A stretch of DNA of 64,000 nt, taken from assembly GCA_002385705.1 (NCBI GenBank), contig DGDZ01000017.1, positions 19,799 to 83,798 of the forward strand. The letters run 5' to 3'. Below are positions 37,954-47,314 of this stretch, piece after piece; the first letter of the stretch is position 1, and every line of letters begins with the position of its first letter. The notes below the pieces were generated by a model, which saw only the letters and a list, made by a program, of their open reading frames with translations, ran no database searches and was not told the origin of the DNA. Source of the DNA: Verrucomicrobia subdivision 3 bacterium UBA3939. Its GTDB lineage: Bacteria > Verrucomicrobiota > Verrucomicrobiia > Limisphaerales > UBA3939. Position numbers and translations under genes: made by a program.

Positions 37954-40617
37954 ATGAGACTCTTTCTTCCCCCGTGCGTTGCGCTGCTGGTGGCGAGTCT
38001 GCCGTTTTCGGCACATTCCCTCGAACTCTCCACTCAGGTGGAATGCGAGAAGTCCGCGCTGTTCCTGGCGCCGGTGGATTCCCCCGGTTTCAGGAAATAC
38101 GCGCCGGACCGGGAGGTGGACATTCTGCACCTGATCATCGATGTCACGCCGGACTTCACCAACCGCACCGTGTCCGGCACCACGACGATCCGGTTCAAAC
38201 CCATCGCCAAACCGATCGAGAAGTTGAGCCTGGACGCGGTGCATCTCACGGTGGGTTCCATCGAGAGCACGGAACCCCTGCTCGATCACCAGGTCACGGA
38301 CGACAAGATCATCATCGAGTTCGCGCAACCGGTTCCCGCCGACAAGGAGGTTACGGTCGCGATTCAGCACAGCGCGGAGCCGGCTCAGGGCATGTATTTC
38401 CGCACGCCGGACATGGGTTACAAAGAGGGCGACACACACCTGTTCACGCAGGGCGAAACCATCGACTCCCGGCATTGGTTCCCCTGTTTCGATTCGCCCA
38501 ATGAGAAGTTCACTTCGGAAACCATCTGCCACGTGCCCGAAGGCATGATCGTGCTGTCCAACGGGCGGCTGGTGTCGCAGGACAAAGATCCCGCCACGGG
38601 CCTGGTCGCCTTCCGCTGGCTCCAGGACAAGCCGCACGTGAATTACCTGATCACCCTCGTGGCCGGTTACTTCAAGAGCATCGAGGACAAGTACAAGGAC
38701 ATCCCGCTCGCGTTCTACGCACTGCCTTCGGACATCGACCAGGCGGCGAACTCGTTCAAAGACACGAAAGACATGATGGCGTTCTTTGAAGAGGAAATCG
38801 GCGTGCCGTATCCGTGGGCCAAGTACTACCAGGTGACGGTGAATGATTTTGTCGCCGGCGGCATGGAGAATACCAGCATGACCGTTCTGGCCGATCGCAC
38901 GCTGTTTACCGATGCCACCGAGAACATCCGATCGAGCCAGGGCCTCGTCGCGCATGAACTGGCGCATCAATGGTTCGGTGACCTCGTCACGTGCAAGGAT
39001 TGGAGCCATATCTGGCTGAACGAGGGTTTTGCCACCTACTACGCCGCGCTGTATGAGGGGCACAGGAACGGGCGCGACGCCATGCTGTACCAGCTCTACA
39101 ACCAGGCCCGGCGCGTCCTGGCATCCACCAACACCCGCCCCATCGTGGACCGGACCTACGACAGCCCGGGCCAGATGTTCGGCCTGCTGGCCTACCAGAA
39201 AGGGAGCGCGGTGCTGCACATGCTGCGCGCCGAACTCGGCGAGGAACTCTACCGCCGGTGCATCAAGACGTACCTCGAGCGGCATGAGTTCGACACCGTC
39301 GTGACCGAAGACCTCAACTCGGTCATTGAAGAACTCTCGGGACGTTCATACGACCGTTTCTTCGACCAGTGGGTGTATCATGGCGGCGTTCCCGAGCTGG
39401 AGATCTCCTACAACTGGGACGCCCGCAGCAGGCTGGCCCGCCTGACCGTCCGGCAGACACAGCGTGTGACCGAACAGGTCCCGCTGTTCCAGTTTCCTGT
39501 CGCGGTGCGCTTCAAAGGCCGGAACTGGAGCGTGGACAGGCAGATCGTCGTCAGAAACAGGACCGAGGATTTCTATTTCAGCCTGTCGGAAGCCCCGACC
39601 ATCGTGCGCTTCGACCCCGATTGCGTCCTGCTGGCGAGGGTCAACTTTTCCCTGCCCACCTCGATGCTGCATGCGCAGTTGCAGGACAGTTCCGACGCGA
39701 TGGGACGCGTGCTTGCGATCGAGGCACTGTCGCGCAGGAAGGATCGTGAAACGGTCGAGCAGTTGCGGCGCGTGCTGAACAACGACGCCTTCTACGGTGC
39801 GCGCATCGAAGCAGCCCGGGCGCTGGGCGACATGCAGACGGACCAGGCGCTGGAAGCCCTCGTCCGGTCCACGCGCCAGTCGGATGCGCGCGTGCGCCAG
39901 CAGGTGTACAGCGCCATCGCAAGCTACTACGACACGCGCGCCATGGAAGCACAGCGGGCGATGCTGAAATCCGAAAAGAATCCCGATATCCAGGCGATTG
40001 CGATTCGCGAGTTGGGAGTCTATCCCGCATCCGATTCGCGCGAACTGTTGCTGGCGCAGCTCAACTCCCGTTCCTACCGCAATCAACTGGCCGACGCCGC
40101 CATCGCGGCCATTCGCGCGCAGAACGATCCGTGGTGGATCGGGCCGCTGCTGGAGAACCTCGGTAAACGCGAAGCCGACTATACCCGCGCCGGTTACGGG
40201 CAGGCGCTCCGGACGCTGGCGCAACTGGCACGCGAACAGGAGGACAAGTCGCAGGTCCGCGAGTTTCTGCTCGCCCGTTTGAATCACCCAGGCGCCATCG
40301 TGCAACGCGCCGCCATCGGCGCGCTGGGTGTTCTGGGCGACCCGGCTGCGCTTGGACCGCTCGAGAAGATTGCGGCTGGAAGGCGCGACTCGCCCGAGCG
40401 GGCCGCCGCCGACGGTGCCATCCGGGCGATCGAAAGCGCCCGCCCGTCGAACGACGTCGTGGGCCGTCTCCGCGAAGAGCTCCTTGCGCTCCGGCGTGAA
40501 AACCAGGAGCTGCGCCGTGAGTTCGAGGCCCTCCAGAAGAAGGTCGAAGCCCTCACGCCCGCGATGGAGAACCGGAGATTCGTGCCCGTCCGATCGCCCA
40601 AGGAGGCGTCGCGGTAG
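37954..40617 (+). CDS. M1 family metallopeptidase (aminopeptidase N-like) with C-terminal HEAT-repeat region and coiled coil
   Basis: GGMENTSM, HELAHQWFGDLVTCKDWSHIWLNEGFATY (HExxH-X18-E). The C-terminal third carries HEAT-like repeats (ARIEAARALGDM, VQRAAIGALGVLGD) and LRRENQELRREFEALQKKVEAL. I chose the ATG at 37954, which gives a signal peptide. Confidence 0.9.
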   Translation: MRLFLPPCVALLVASLPFSAHSLELSTQVECEKSALFLAPVDSPGFRKYAPDREVDILHLIIDVTPDFTNRTVSGTTTIRFKPIAKPIEKLSLDAVHLTVGSIESTEPLLDHQVTDDKIIIEFAQPVPADKEVTVAIQHSAEPAQGMYFRTPDMGYKEGDTHLFTQGETIDSRHWFPCFDSPNEKFTSETICHVPEGMIVLSNGRLVSQDKDPATGLVAFRWLQDKPHVNYLITLVAGYFKSIEDKYKDIPLAFYALPSDIDQAANSFKDTKDMMAFFEEEIGVPYPWAKYYQVTVNDFVAGGMENTSMTVLADRTLFTDATENIRSSQGLVAHELAHQWFGDLVTCKDWSHIWLNEGFATYYAALYEGHRNGRDAMLYQLYNQARRVLASTNTRPIVDRTYDSPGQMFGLLAYQKGSAVLHMLRAELGEELYRRCIKTYLERHEFDTVVTEDLNSVIEELSGRSYDRFFDQWVYHGGVPELEISYNWDARSRLARLTVRQTQRVTEQVPLFQFPVAVRFKGRNWSVDRQIVVRNRTEDFYFSLSEAPTIVRFDPDCVLLARVNFSLPTSMLHAQLQDSSDAMGRVLAIEALSRRKDRETVEQLRRVLNNDAFYGARIEAARALGDMQTDQALEALVRSTRQSDARVRQQVYSAIASYYDTRAMEAQRAMLKSEKNPDIQAIAIRELGVYPASDSRELLLAQLNSRSYRNQLADAAIAAIRAQNDPWWIGPLLENLGKREADYTRAGYGQALRTLAQLAREQEDKSQVREFLLARLNHPGAIVQRAAIGALGVLGDPAALGPLEKIAAGRRDSPERAAADGAIRAIESARPSNDVVGRLREELLALRRENQELRREFEALQKKVEALTPAMENRRFVPVRSPKEASR

Positions 40618-40709
40618 GATCTGCGGGCTGCCGCTCGCGAAGTCGCTTCATCGCGAAACGCGCTTCGCGTGCGCGAACGCGGAGCAACGCGCGCCGCGCG
40701 CGAGAGGGG

Positions 40710-41588
40710 CTACTTCATTTCGGCCGCTTTCTGGATTTCAGCCAGCAGTTGTTCCGGTGTCCACTGGTTGCCGGGGATGATGGCCTGCACACGCCCTTTC
40801 GGATCGATGACCACTGTCCGCAGGTTGTGATTGAAACCGCCCGCGGCGGCGTCGCGCCAGAACACCAGCCCGAAGTGCTCGCCGATGGCCGTGATGTCAA
40901 TCAGCGCGCCTGTCGCAAACGTCCAGCGTTCCGGATCGTACTGGTATCGCTCGGCGTAAGCCTTCAGCACCGCGGGAGTGTCGAACTCCGGATCGAACGA
41001 GATCGTCAGGAAATGCCAGTTGGTCGGCGCATTGGTCATCGACAACAGGCGTTGCTGTGTCTGCATGAAGTACCGCGCGGTTTGCGGGCAGTAGGTCGGG
41101 AAGGGGCACCGCGTGAACAGGAAGTTGATGGCCAGGACGCGGCCCCGGAAGTCGCTCGTGCTGAATGTGCGGCCGAACTGATTGGTGAACGTGTAGTCCG
41201 GCAGCACATCGCCCACGTTCAAAGGCTCCACGTCCCGGACCAGCCGGAACGGGCCCGTCGTCGGCGGATCGTTCCGCTTCGGTCCGGTCTTCCTGATCTG
41301 ATCGATCCACCCATACGTGTCCGTCACCGTCATGCGAAACGTCACCGGATCGCCGGGCTCGAGCCCCGCCAGTTCGTTGGTGTCGAGCACGTCGAAGTTC
41401 ATGGTCATCGCCTTCATATAACCGGGGATCTCCTCGTGCTTGATGCGGACGGATTTCTCCTCGGGCGCGACTTCCACAACGACACCGTTGACCTGGAACA
41501 CCTGGTTGGAGGCGGCGATTTCAGCCGCGGCAACGCAAAGTGCCGAACAAACAAGCGTTAGAATCAGAATCGAACCGGATCGCAACAT
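40710..41588 (-). CDS. CusF-like copper-binding domain fused to SCO1/SenC family protein
   Basis: N-terminal part: VNGVVVEVAPEEKSVRIKHEEIPGYMKAMTMNFDV...GDPVTFRM (CusF-like MTM.F motif). C-terminal thioredoxin fold: NFLFTRCPFPTYCP, HNLRTVVIDPKGRV. Confidence 0.8.
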   Translation of the reverse strand: MLRSGSILILTLVCSALCVAAAEIAASNQVFQVNGVVVEVAPEEKSVRIKHEEIPGYMKAMTMNFDVLDTNELAGLEPGDPVTFRMTVTDTYGWIDQIRKTGPKRNDPPTTGPFRLVRDVEPLNVGDVLPDYTFTNQFGRTFSTSDFRGRVLAINFLFTRCPFPTYCPQTARYFMQTQQRLLSMTNAPTNWHFLTISFDPEFDTPAVLKAYAERYQYDPERWTFATGALIDITAIGEHFGLVFWRDAAAGGFNHNLRTVVIDPKGRVQAIIPGNQWTPEQLLAEIQKAAEMK

Positions 41589-41767
41589 GGCGCCAAGTTG
41601 CGCGCAAGTTCGCTGTTTTGCAAGCGGCCGCCGGGCGCAAACATCGCTTGGCGCAGGCGATCCGCCTGCGCGTTCTGGCGGCGTCCTCGCCGCCAGACGA
41701 CGTTTGTTTGAAAACCAGTTTCAGTGGTCTTGCGATCTGTGCAAAAGCGTGTTTAATCGCTGGCGCA

Positions 41768-42199
41768 ATGCCGAAGTCGTCGCCGAGCCAGAGTGCCGAG
41801 GATTACCTCGAGCGGATTCATGAATTGATCGAGCGAAAGGGTTACGCCCGCACCGTGGACATTGCCACGTCGCTGCGGGTCCGACAGGCGTCTGTAACCG
41901 CAATGGTGCAGAAGCTGGGCGACGCCGGTTACCTGAACTACACGAAGTACCGCGGACTGGTTCTCACCGAAAAGGGACTGGAAGTGGCGCTGAAAATCCA
42001 GAACCGGCATGCCACGCTTTCGCGGTTCTTCTCCTTGTTCGGGCTCGACCCGGAGACGCAGCATCAGGACATCGAGGGCATTGAACATCATTTGAGCCCC
42101 GAAACGGTGCAGGTGCTGTCGGACTTGACGGAGTTTTTCGAGAAGAATCCCGAAACCCTCAAGGCTTTCCGCCAATCGCGCCGGCGGTCGCGCAAATGA
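41768..42199 (+). CDS. DtxR/MntR family metal-dependent transcriptional regulator
   Basis: SAEDYLERIHELIERKGYARTVDIATSLRVRQASVTAMVQKLGDAGYL..YRGLVLTEKG...HRHATL..F. I place the start at ATG 41768. Confidence 0.8.
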   Translation: MPKSSPSQSAEDYLERIHELIERKGYARTVDIATSLRVRQASVTAMVQKLGDAGYLNYTKYRGLVLTEKGLEVALKIQNRHATLSRFFSLFGLDPETQHQDIEGIEHHLSPETVQVLSDLTEFFEKNPETLKAFRQSRRRSRK

Positions 42200-42639
42200 G
42201 CCGGGACCCGTTCCTTCAGGCGGCCATCGAGGAGGCCCGGCAGGGCCTTGCCGAAGGCGGCATCCCGATCGGTTCGGTTCTCGTTTGCGAGGGAAAGATC
42301 GTCGCCCGCGGGCGCAACCGGCGGCTGCAACAGGGCAGCGCCATTCATCACGCCGAAATGAATTGCCTCGAGAATGCCGGTCGCCTCTCCGCGGCCGTGT
42401 ACCGCAAATGCGTGCTGTATTCGACCCTGTCTCCCTGTCCAATGTGCAGCGGCGCCGCACTGCTGTACCGGATCCCGAGGATTGTGATCGGTGAAAACGT
42501 CACCTTCCGCGGGCCGGAGGATTACGTTCGATCTCAAGGAGTGGAACTGGACATCCGGCAGGATCCGGAATGCATCGAATTGATGCGGACCTTTGTCGCG
42601 GCGCACCCGGAACTGTGGAACGAGGATATCGGCGAGTGA
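42196..42639 (+). CDS. CMP/dCMP-type zinc nucleoside deaminase (cytosine/guanine deaminase-like)
   Basis: ATGA overlap with the regulator gene. HAEMNCLE and SPCPMCSGA zinc-ligand motifs. 147 aa. Confidence 0.85.
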   Translation: MSRDPFLQAAIEEARQGLAEGGIPIGSVLVCEGKIVARGRNRRLQQGSAIHHAEMNCLENAGRLSAAVYRKCVLYSTLSPCPMCSGAALLYRIPRIVIGENVTFRGPEDYVRSQGVELDIRQDPECIELMRTFVAAHPELWNEDIGE

Positions 42640-42718
42640 ACCGCGGAAGCGCCGTCCTGGCCTGAGGGCGCGGGTTGGGCCGATGCGTTCGGAGAATGTC
42701 CCGGGGGGAGCGGCTTCG

Positions 42719-44035
42719 CTACGCGGCTGCCTTGTCGGCTTTGCGCCGGATGATCGGTTTGCCTTCGCCGCGCACCACCTGGCGCGTGATCTTGATGTGC
42801 AGGATGTCGTCGCTGCTGGGCACGTCGAACATCACGTCGAGCATCAGTTTCTCGAGCAGGCTGCGCAGCGCGCGGGCGCCTGTGCCCTTCGTGATCGCCA
42901 TGCCCGCCAGCTCGTGCAGCGCGTCCCGGGTGAACTCGAGTTCCACCCCCTCCATCGCCATCAGCTTCGCATACTGCTTGGTCAGGGCGTTCTTCGTGTC
43001 GGTAAGGATGGATACAAGCTGGTCTTCCGTCAGCTCGCCCAGCACCGTCACCATCGGCAACCGCCCGACGAACTCGGGAATGAATCCGAAGCTGAGCAGG
43101 TCCTCAGGCTCGACGTATTGAAGGATTTCCTGGCGGTTGATTGTCGCCGTGCGGTAGCCCTCCTCGACCGCGCGGAAGCCCATGACGTTCTTGCCGAGCC
43201 GCCTTTGGATGATCCGCTCCAGTCCAACGAACGCGCCCCCGCAGATGAACAGGATATCGGAGGTGTTGACGCGAATGTATTCCTGCTGCGGATGTTTGCG
43301 GCCGCCCTGCGGCGGAACATTGCAGACCGTGCCTTCGAGAATCTTCAGCAGCGCCTGCTGCACCCCTTCGCCCGAAACGTCGCGCGTGATGGAAACGTTG
43401 TCGGTCTTCCGCGCGATCTTGTCGATTTCGTCGATGTAAACGATCCCGCGCTGCGCCCGTTTCACATCGTAATCCGCATTCTGGAGCAGGCGCAGAATGA
43501 TGTTCTCGACATCCTCGCCGACGTAACCGGCTTCGGTGAGCGTGGTGGCGTCGGCAATGGCGAACGGCACGTCCAGGATCTTCGCCAGGGTCCGCGCGAG
43601 CAGCGTCTTGCCCGAGCCCGTGGGCCCGATCATGAGGATGTTGCTCTTCTCGATCTCGATGTCCGCGTGCGGGTCCGGTTGCGGGGCCGGCATGGCATTG
43701 GGCGGAGCGTCCTTCGGCGTCTCCTCGGACGGCGCCGGCGGCTCCTGGAGGATGCGCTTGTAATGATTATGAACGGCGACCGAAAGCGTCTTTTTCGCGT
43801 GTTCCTGACCGATGCAATGCTTGTCGAGCTGGCGCTTGATCTCGGCCGGCTTCGGGACGTTGATGCGCGACTTCTGCTTCTTCGACTGCGCTGCGAATTC
43901 CTTGTCGAGAACGTTCTTGCACAGGACGACGCAGTTGTCGCAGATGTAAACGCCGGGCCCGGCGATGAGCTTCTTCACTTCCGCGTGGGATTTCCCGCAG
44001 AAGCTGCACAATGTGATGTTGGTGGGCCGCGCCAA
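42719..44035 (-). CDS. clpX: ATP-dependent Clp protease ATP-binding subunit ClpX
   Basis: Zinc finger [26 protein letters not shown], Walker [12 protein letters not shown] and [10 protein letters not shown]. The start appears to be TTG at 44035. Confidence 0.97.
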   Translation of the reverse strand: MARPTNITLCSFCGKSHAEVKKLIAGPGVYICDNCVVLCKNVLDKEFAAQSKKQKSRINVPKPAEIKRQLDKHCIGQEHAKKTLSVAVHNHYKRILQEPPAPSEETPKDAPPNAMPAPQPDPHADIEIEKSNILMIGPTGSGKTLLARTLAKILDVPFAIADATTLTEAGYVGEDVENIILRLLQNADYDVKRAQRGIVYIDEIDKIARKTDNVSITRDVSGEGVQQALLKILEGTVCNVPPQGGRKHPQQEYIRVNTSDILFICGGAFVGLERIIQRRLGKNVMGFRAVEEGYRTATINRQEILQYVEPEDLLSFGFIPEFVGRLPMVTVLGELTEDQLVSILTDTKNALTKQYAKLMAMEGVELEFTRDALHELAGMAITKGTGARALRSLLEKLMLDVMFDVPSSDDILHIKITRQVVRGEGKPIIRRKADKAAA

Positions 44036-44040
44036 ACCGT

Positions 44041-44682
44041 TTATTCCTTCTTGTCGATCAGGCTTGTAGCGCGCTCGGCCAGTCCGGGGATTTCCTTCCG
44101 GGACTGCACCACTTCGTCCACGAGCCCGTAGTTCTTGGCCTCTTCAGCGCTCATGAAGTTGTCGCGGTCGCAGTCTTTCTCGACCTGTTCCACCGTGCGC
44201 CCGGTGTGTTTCGAGATGATCGTGTTCAGGCGCTGCTTGAGCCGGAGCATGTACTTCACCCGGATCTCCACGTCGCTGGCGGGTCCTTCGGCGCCGCCCA
44301 GCACCTGGTGAATCATGATGTTCGAGTTCGGCAGGGCGAAACGCTTGCCCTTGGTGCCGCCGCACAGGAGCACGGCACCCATGCTGGCCGCCTGGCCGAT
44401 GCAATACGTGTTCACGTCGCACGTCAGAAACTGCATCGTGTCGTAGATCGCCAGCCCCGCCGTCACGCTGCCGCCCGGCGAATTGATATACAGATGAATG
44501 TCCTTCTTCGGGTCCGTCATCTGCAGGAACAGCAATTGGGCGATGATCACGTTCGCCACCATGTCGTCCACCGGCGTGCCGAGGAACACAATGCGATCAA
44601 CAAGCAGTCGCGAGTAGATGTCGTATCCGCGCTCGCCGCGGCCCGTCTGCTCAACGACCATGGGTATCAGGAAATTTTGCAT
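44041..44682 (-). CDS. clpP: ATP-dependent Clp protease proteolytic subunit ClpP
   Basis: [33 protein letters not shown], catalytic GQAASMGA, and IMIHQ. It ends 5 nt upstream of clpX. Confidence 0.95.
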   Translation of the reverse strand: MQNFLIPMVVEQTGRGERGYDIYSRLLVDRIVFLGTPVDDMVANVIIAQLLFLQMTDPKKDIHLYINSPGGSVTAGLAIYDTMQFLTCDVNTYCIGQAASMGAVLLCGGTKGKRFALPNSNIMIHQVLGGAEGPASDVEIRVKYMLRLKQRLNTIISKHTGRTVEQVEKDCDRDNFMSAEEAKNYGLVDEVVQSRKEIPGLAERATSLIDKKE

Positions 44683-44788
44683 AGACTTAATCTCTGGTGC
44701 GCAACGTAACGGAGCCCCCACGAGAGGTCAAGCGTGCCGCTGCGGCCCCCGGCCTTGCCTTTCCTCGAACTTCCGCTAGAACGTGCGC

Positions 44789-45184
44789 ATGACGTTCTCG
44801 ATCGAGCATCTGGGGCTGCCCGCCCGCGATCCCGCCGCCCTCAAGGAATGGTACGTCCGAGCGCTGGATGCCCGGGTCGCCTTCGACAACCGGCAGGTCC
44901 CGCCCATGTTCCTGCTGCGCGTCCCCGGCGGCGTGATGATCGAGATTTACGCCGGCGACACCGCGTTGAAGGAAACCTCCAACAACAAGCTGAACGGCTG
45001 GCGGCACGTCGCCCTGCGCGTGGATTCCATCGAGGCGGCCCGGGCGGAGCTGGAAAAGCGCGGCGTGGTGTTCACCGAGGAAATCAAGCCTGCGGGCGGG
45101 GGCGGGCGTGTCCTGTTCTTCCAGGACCCCGAAGGCAACCTCCTGCACCTGGTCGAACGTTCGCCCGATTCACCGGTGCGCTGA
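44789..45184 (+). CDS. VOC family (glyoxalase/bleomycin resistance-like) protein
   Basis: ~131 aa. IEHLGLPARDP...W.HVALRVDSIEAARAELEKRGV...FFQDPEGNLLHL. Confidence 0.75.
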   Translation: MTFSIEHLGLPARDPAALKEWYVRALDARVAFDNRQVPPMFLLRVPGGVMIEIYAGDTALKETSNNKLNGWRHVALRVDSIEAARAELEKRGVVFTEEIKPAGGGGRVLFFQDPEGNLLHLVERSPDSPVR

Positions 45185-45199
45185 ACCCCATTCCCTCAG

Positions 45200-45661
45200 A
45201 TGACAGCACGCGCGCTCGCCTGGCTCGTTTGCGCTGCAGCCGTCCTGTCCGACGCGGCAGCGGTCGATTTCACCGGCGTCAACCTGGCCGAGGTGGATTG
45301 CTTCCAGGGGAAAGGAATGAACATTATCCGGTTGCCGTTCCGCTGGGAACGATTGCAACAATCCGCCAATGCGGAGTTCAACACGGCGGAATTGAATCGG
45401 CTGAACACGTTCGTCTCGCAAACGACCGCCAGGGGAGTGTTCGTCATCCTCGATCCGCACAATTACGCGCGGTATTACGGCGATGTCATCAGCAGCGCCC
45501 AGGTGCCGGTGACCGCATTCAGCAACTTCTGGAGCCGTCTGGCATCGATTTACCGCACCAACGACCACGTCATCTTCGGGCTGATGAATGAATCCAATTC
45601 CATGATGACGTCGACCAACGGCAGCCGCTTCTTCCGCGTCCGCGCCGCGCGGAATCAGTGA
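45200..45661 (+). pseudogene. Truncated glycoside hydrolase family 5 (cellulase-like) remnant
   Basis: Signal peptide plus GVNLA...GMNIIRLPFRWERLQ...VILDPHNYARY...IFGLMNES. It stops at 153 aa, and only 87 nt remain before the convergent pncB. The NEP acid/base motif reads NES, and the distal half that would carry the nucleophile is absent. Confidence 0.5.
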
Positions 45662-45701
45662 GCTGAAACTCTTCAGTGAGCTACCCGAGTCACCTGCGCG
45701 T

Positions 45702-45743
45702 GCGGGACAATTCTGCGCGCATATGCGACAGAAATTGTCCCGC
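45702..45743. terminator. Long inverted repeat between convergent genes (possible bidirectional terminator or REP)
   Basis: gcgggacaattctg / cagaaattgtcccgc arms (about 14 bp with one bulge) around the loop cgcgcatatgcga. It begins 6 nt after the pncB stop. No U-tract follows. Confidence 0.4.
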
Positions 45744-45748
45744 TGGTT

Positions 45749-47236
45749 TCATGGATTCGCGGCGGGACCGGAGGATTTGAGGTCGAGGATCAGTTGCATC
45801 TTGAAGTCGTGCAGGCCGAGTTCGAGGCCGGCGGGATAGCGGTGCGGGTTGTCGAAACGCCTGATTCCCGGATGCAACATGGACAACTGCAACTGCGCCC
45901 GTTCGCGAATCGCTTCCAATGATGGCGAGGCGTACACCCGTTCGCCCTTCCGAAACACAGGCACCAGAAGGTCCTCCCACTCGAGGTTCTCCGCGAGTTC
46001 CTTGCGCCGCGTCACATCGGTCGGGTCCACGATTGTAATCGGATCCGGCAGGGGGCGGGTCTGGTCGTAGATGGCGTCCCCGACAAACTTGCCGTCGGAT
46101 CGGAAGCGGCGGACCTGCAACAGGCCCGGGTTCGTGATCTTGGCGACCTGTTCCGACAGCTTGATGGTGTGTCGCCATGCGCCGTCGGGAGCGCAGATGG
46201 CCGAAAGCTTGTAAACGCCGCCCAGGGCCGGTTGATCGTAGGCAGTGACCAGCCGCGTGCCGACTCCCCAGACGTTGATGCGCGCGCCCTGCTGCTTGAG
46301 ACTCGCGATGAGGCGCTCGTCCAGATCGTTGCTCGCGACAATTGCGGTCTTGTCGAAGCCCGCCTCGTCCAGAATTCTTCGAGCCTCGATACTGAGGTAG
46401 GCCAGGTCCCCGGAGTCCAGACGGATGCCGGCGAGGTCGTATCCCCGCTCACGCAACCGCCTGCCGACCGTCACGGAATGCCGCACGCCGTCGAGCGTGT
46501 TGTAGGTGTCCACAAGAAAAATGGGATTGTTCGGCAAGGCATCCGCATAGGTATTGAACGCGGCGAGTTCGTTTTCGAAGGACATGACCCAGCTATGGGC
46601 GTGGGTGCCCTTGACGGGGATGCCGAAGATCTTTCCCGCGAGCGCGTTTGAAGTGCCGGCGCAGCCGCCGATGAACGCGGCCCGGCTGGCGGTGATGGCG
46701 CCGTCCACGCCTTGCGCGCGGCGCAGGCCGAACTCGATCACGGGATCGCCCTGCGCGGCCTCGCAGATGCGGGAGGCGCGGGTGGCGATGAGGGATTGAA
46801 AATTGAGAATATTGAGCAGCGCCGTTTCGACGAGCTGCCCCTGAAGGATGGAACCCTGCACGCGCACGAGCGGTTCGTGCGGAAACACGACGGTGCCCTC
46901 CGGGATGGCGTCCACGTCGCACTCGAAGCGCAGAGCGCGGAGATAGTCCAGGAAGCCCGGCTCGAACAGCGGTTTGCCGTCGATGCCGGTGAGCCCGCGC
47001 AGGTACTCGATGTCGGAGTCGTCGAAGCGGAAGTGTTCGAGGAAAGCGATGGCATCGGCGAGGCCGGCGGCGATGGTGTAGCCGCCGTCAAAAGGGTTTT
47101 CGCGGAAGAACAGGTGGAACACGGCCTGTTCGTTTGTCTTGCCGGCCTTCCAGTAGCCGCAGGCCATCGTGAGCTGGTAGAGGTCGGTCAGCAGCGCGCC
47201 GGCAATCCGGTTGGGAGTTGTAACTGGCCCTTGCAT
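45749..47236 (-). CDS. pncB: Nicotinate phosphoribosyltransferase
   Basis: 495 aa. LTDLYQLTMACGYW, FGLRRAQG, GTSN and KGTHAHSWVMSF blocks typical of NAPRTase. Confidence 0.9.
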   Translation of the reverse strand: MQGPVTTPNRIAGALLTDLYQLTMACGYWKAGKTNEQAVFHLFFRENPFDGGYTIAAGLADAIAFLEHFRFDDSDIEYLRGLTGIDGKPLFEPGFLDYLRALRFECDVDAIPEGTVVFPHEPLVRVQGSILQGQLVETALLNILNFQSLIATRASRICEAAQGDPVIEFGLRRAQGVDGAITASRAAFIGGCAGTSNALAGKIFGIPVKGTHAHSWVMSFENELAAFNTYADALPNNPIFLVDTYNTLDGVRHSVTVGRRLRERGYDLAGIRLDSGDLAYLSIEARRILDEAGFDKTAIVASNDLDERLIASLKQQGARINVWGVGTRLVTAYDQPALGGVYKLSAICAPDGAWRHTIKLSEQVAKITNPGLLQVRRFRSDGKFVGDAIYDQTRPLPDPITIVDPTDVTRRKELAENLEWEDLLVPVFRKGERVYASPSLEAIRERAQLQLSMLHPGIRRFDNPHRYPAGLELGLHDFKMQLILDLKSSGPAANP

Positions 47237-47314
47237 GGGTCAAGTGTAAGCTGAACGGGCAGGAGATCGAGAGCCAGATGCAGATTGACGGCTTCGATTG
47301 CCGCCATTGGAACG

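Noticed and set aside
41709-41723. tgaaa-N5-tttca inverted repeat as a DtxR/MntR operator.
   Set aside because: The arms are only 5 bp, and the sequence bears no resemblance to the DtxR or MntR boxes I remember. Such a repeat could easily occur by chance.
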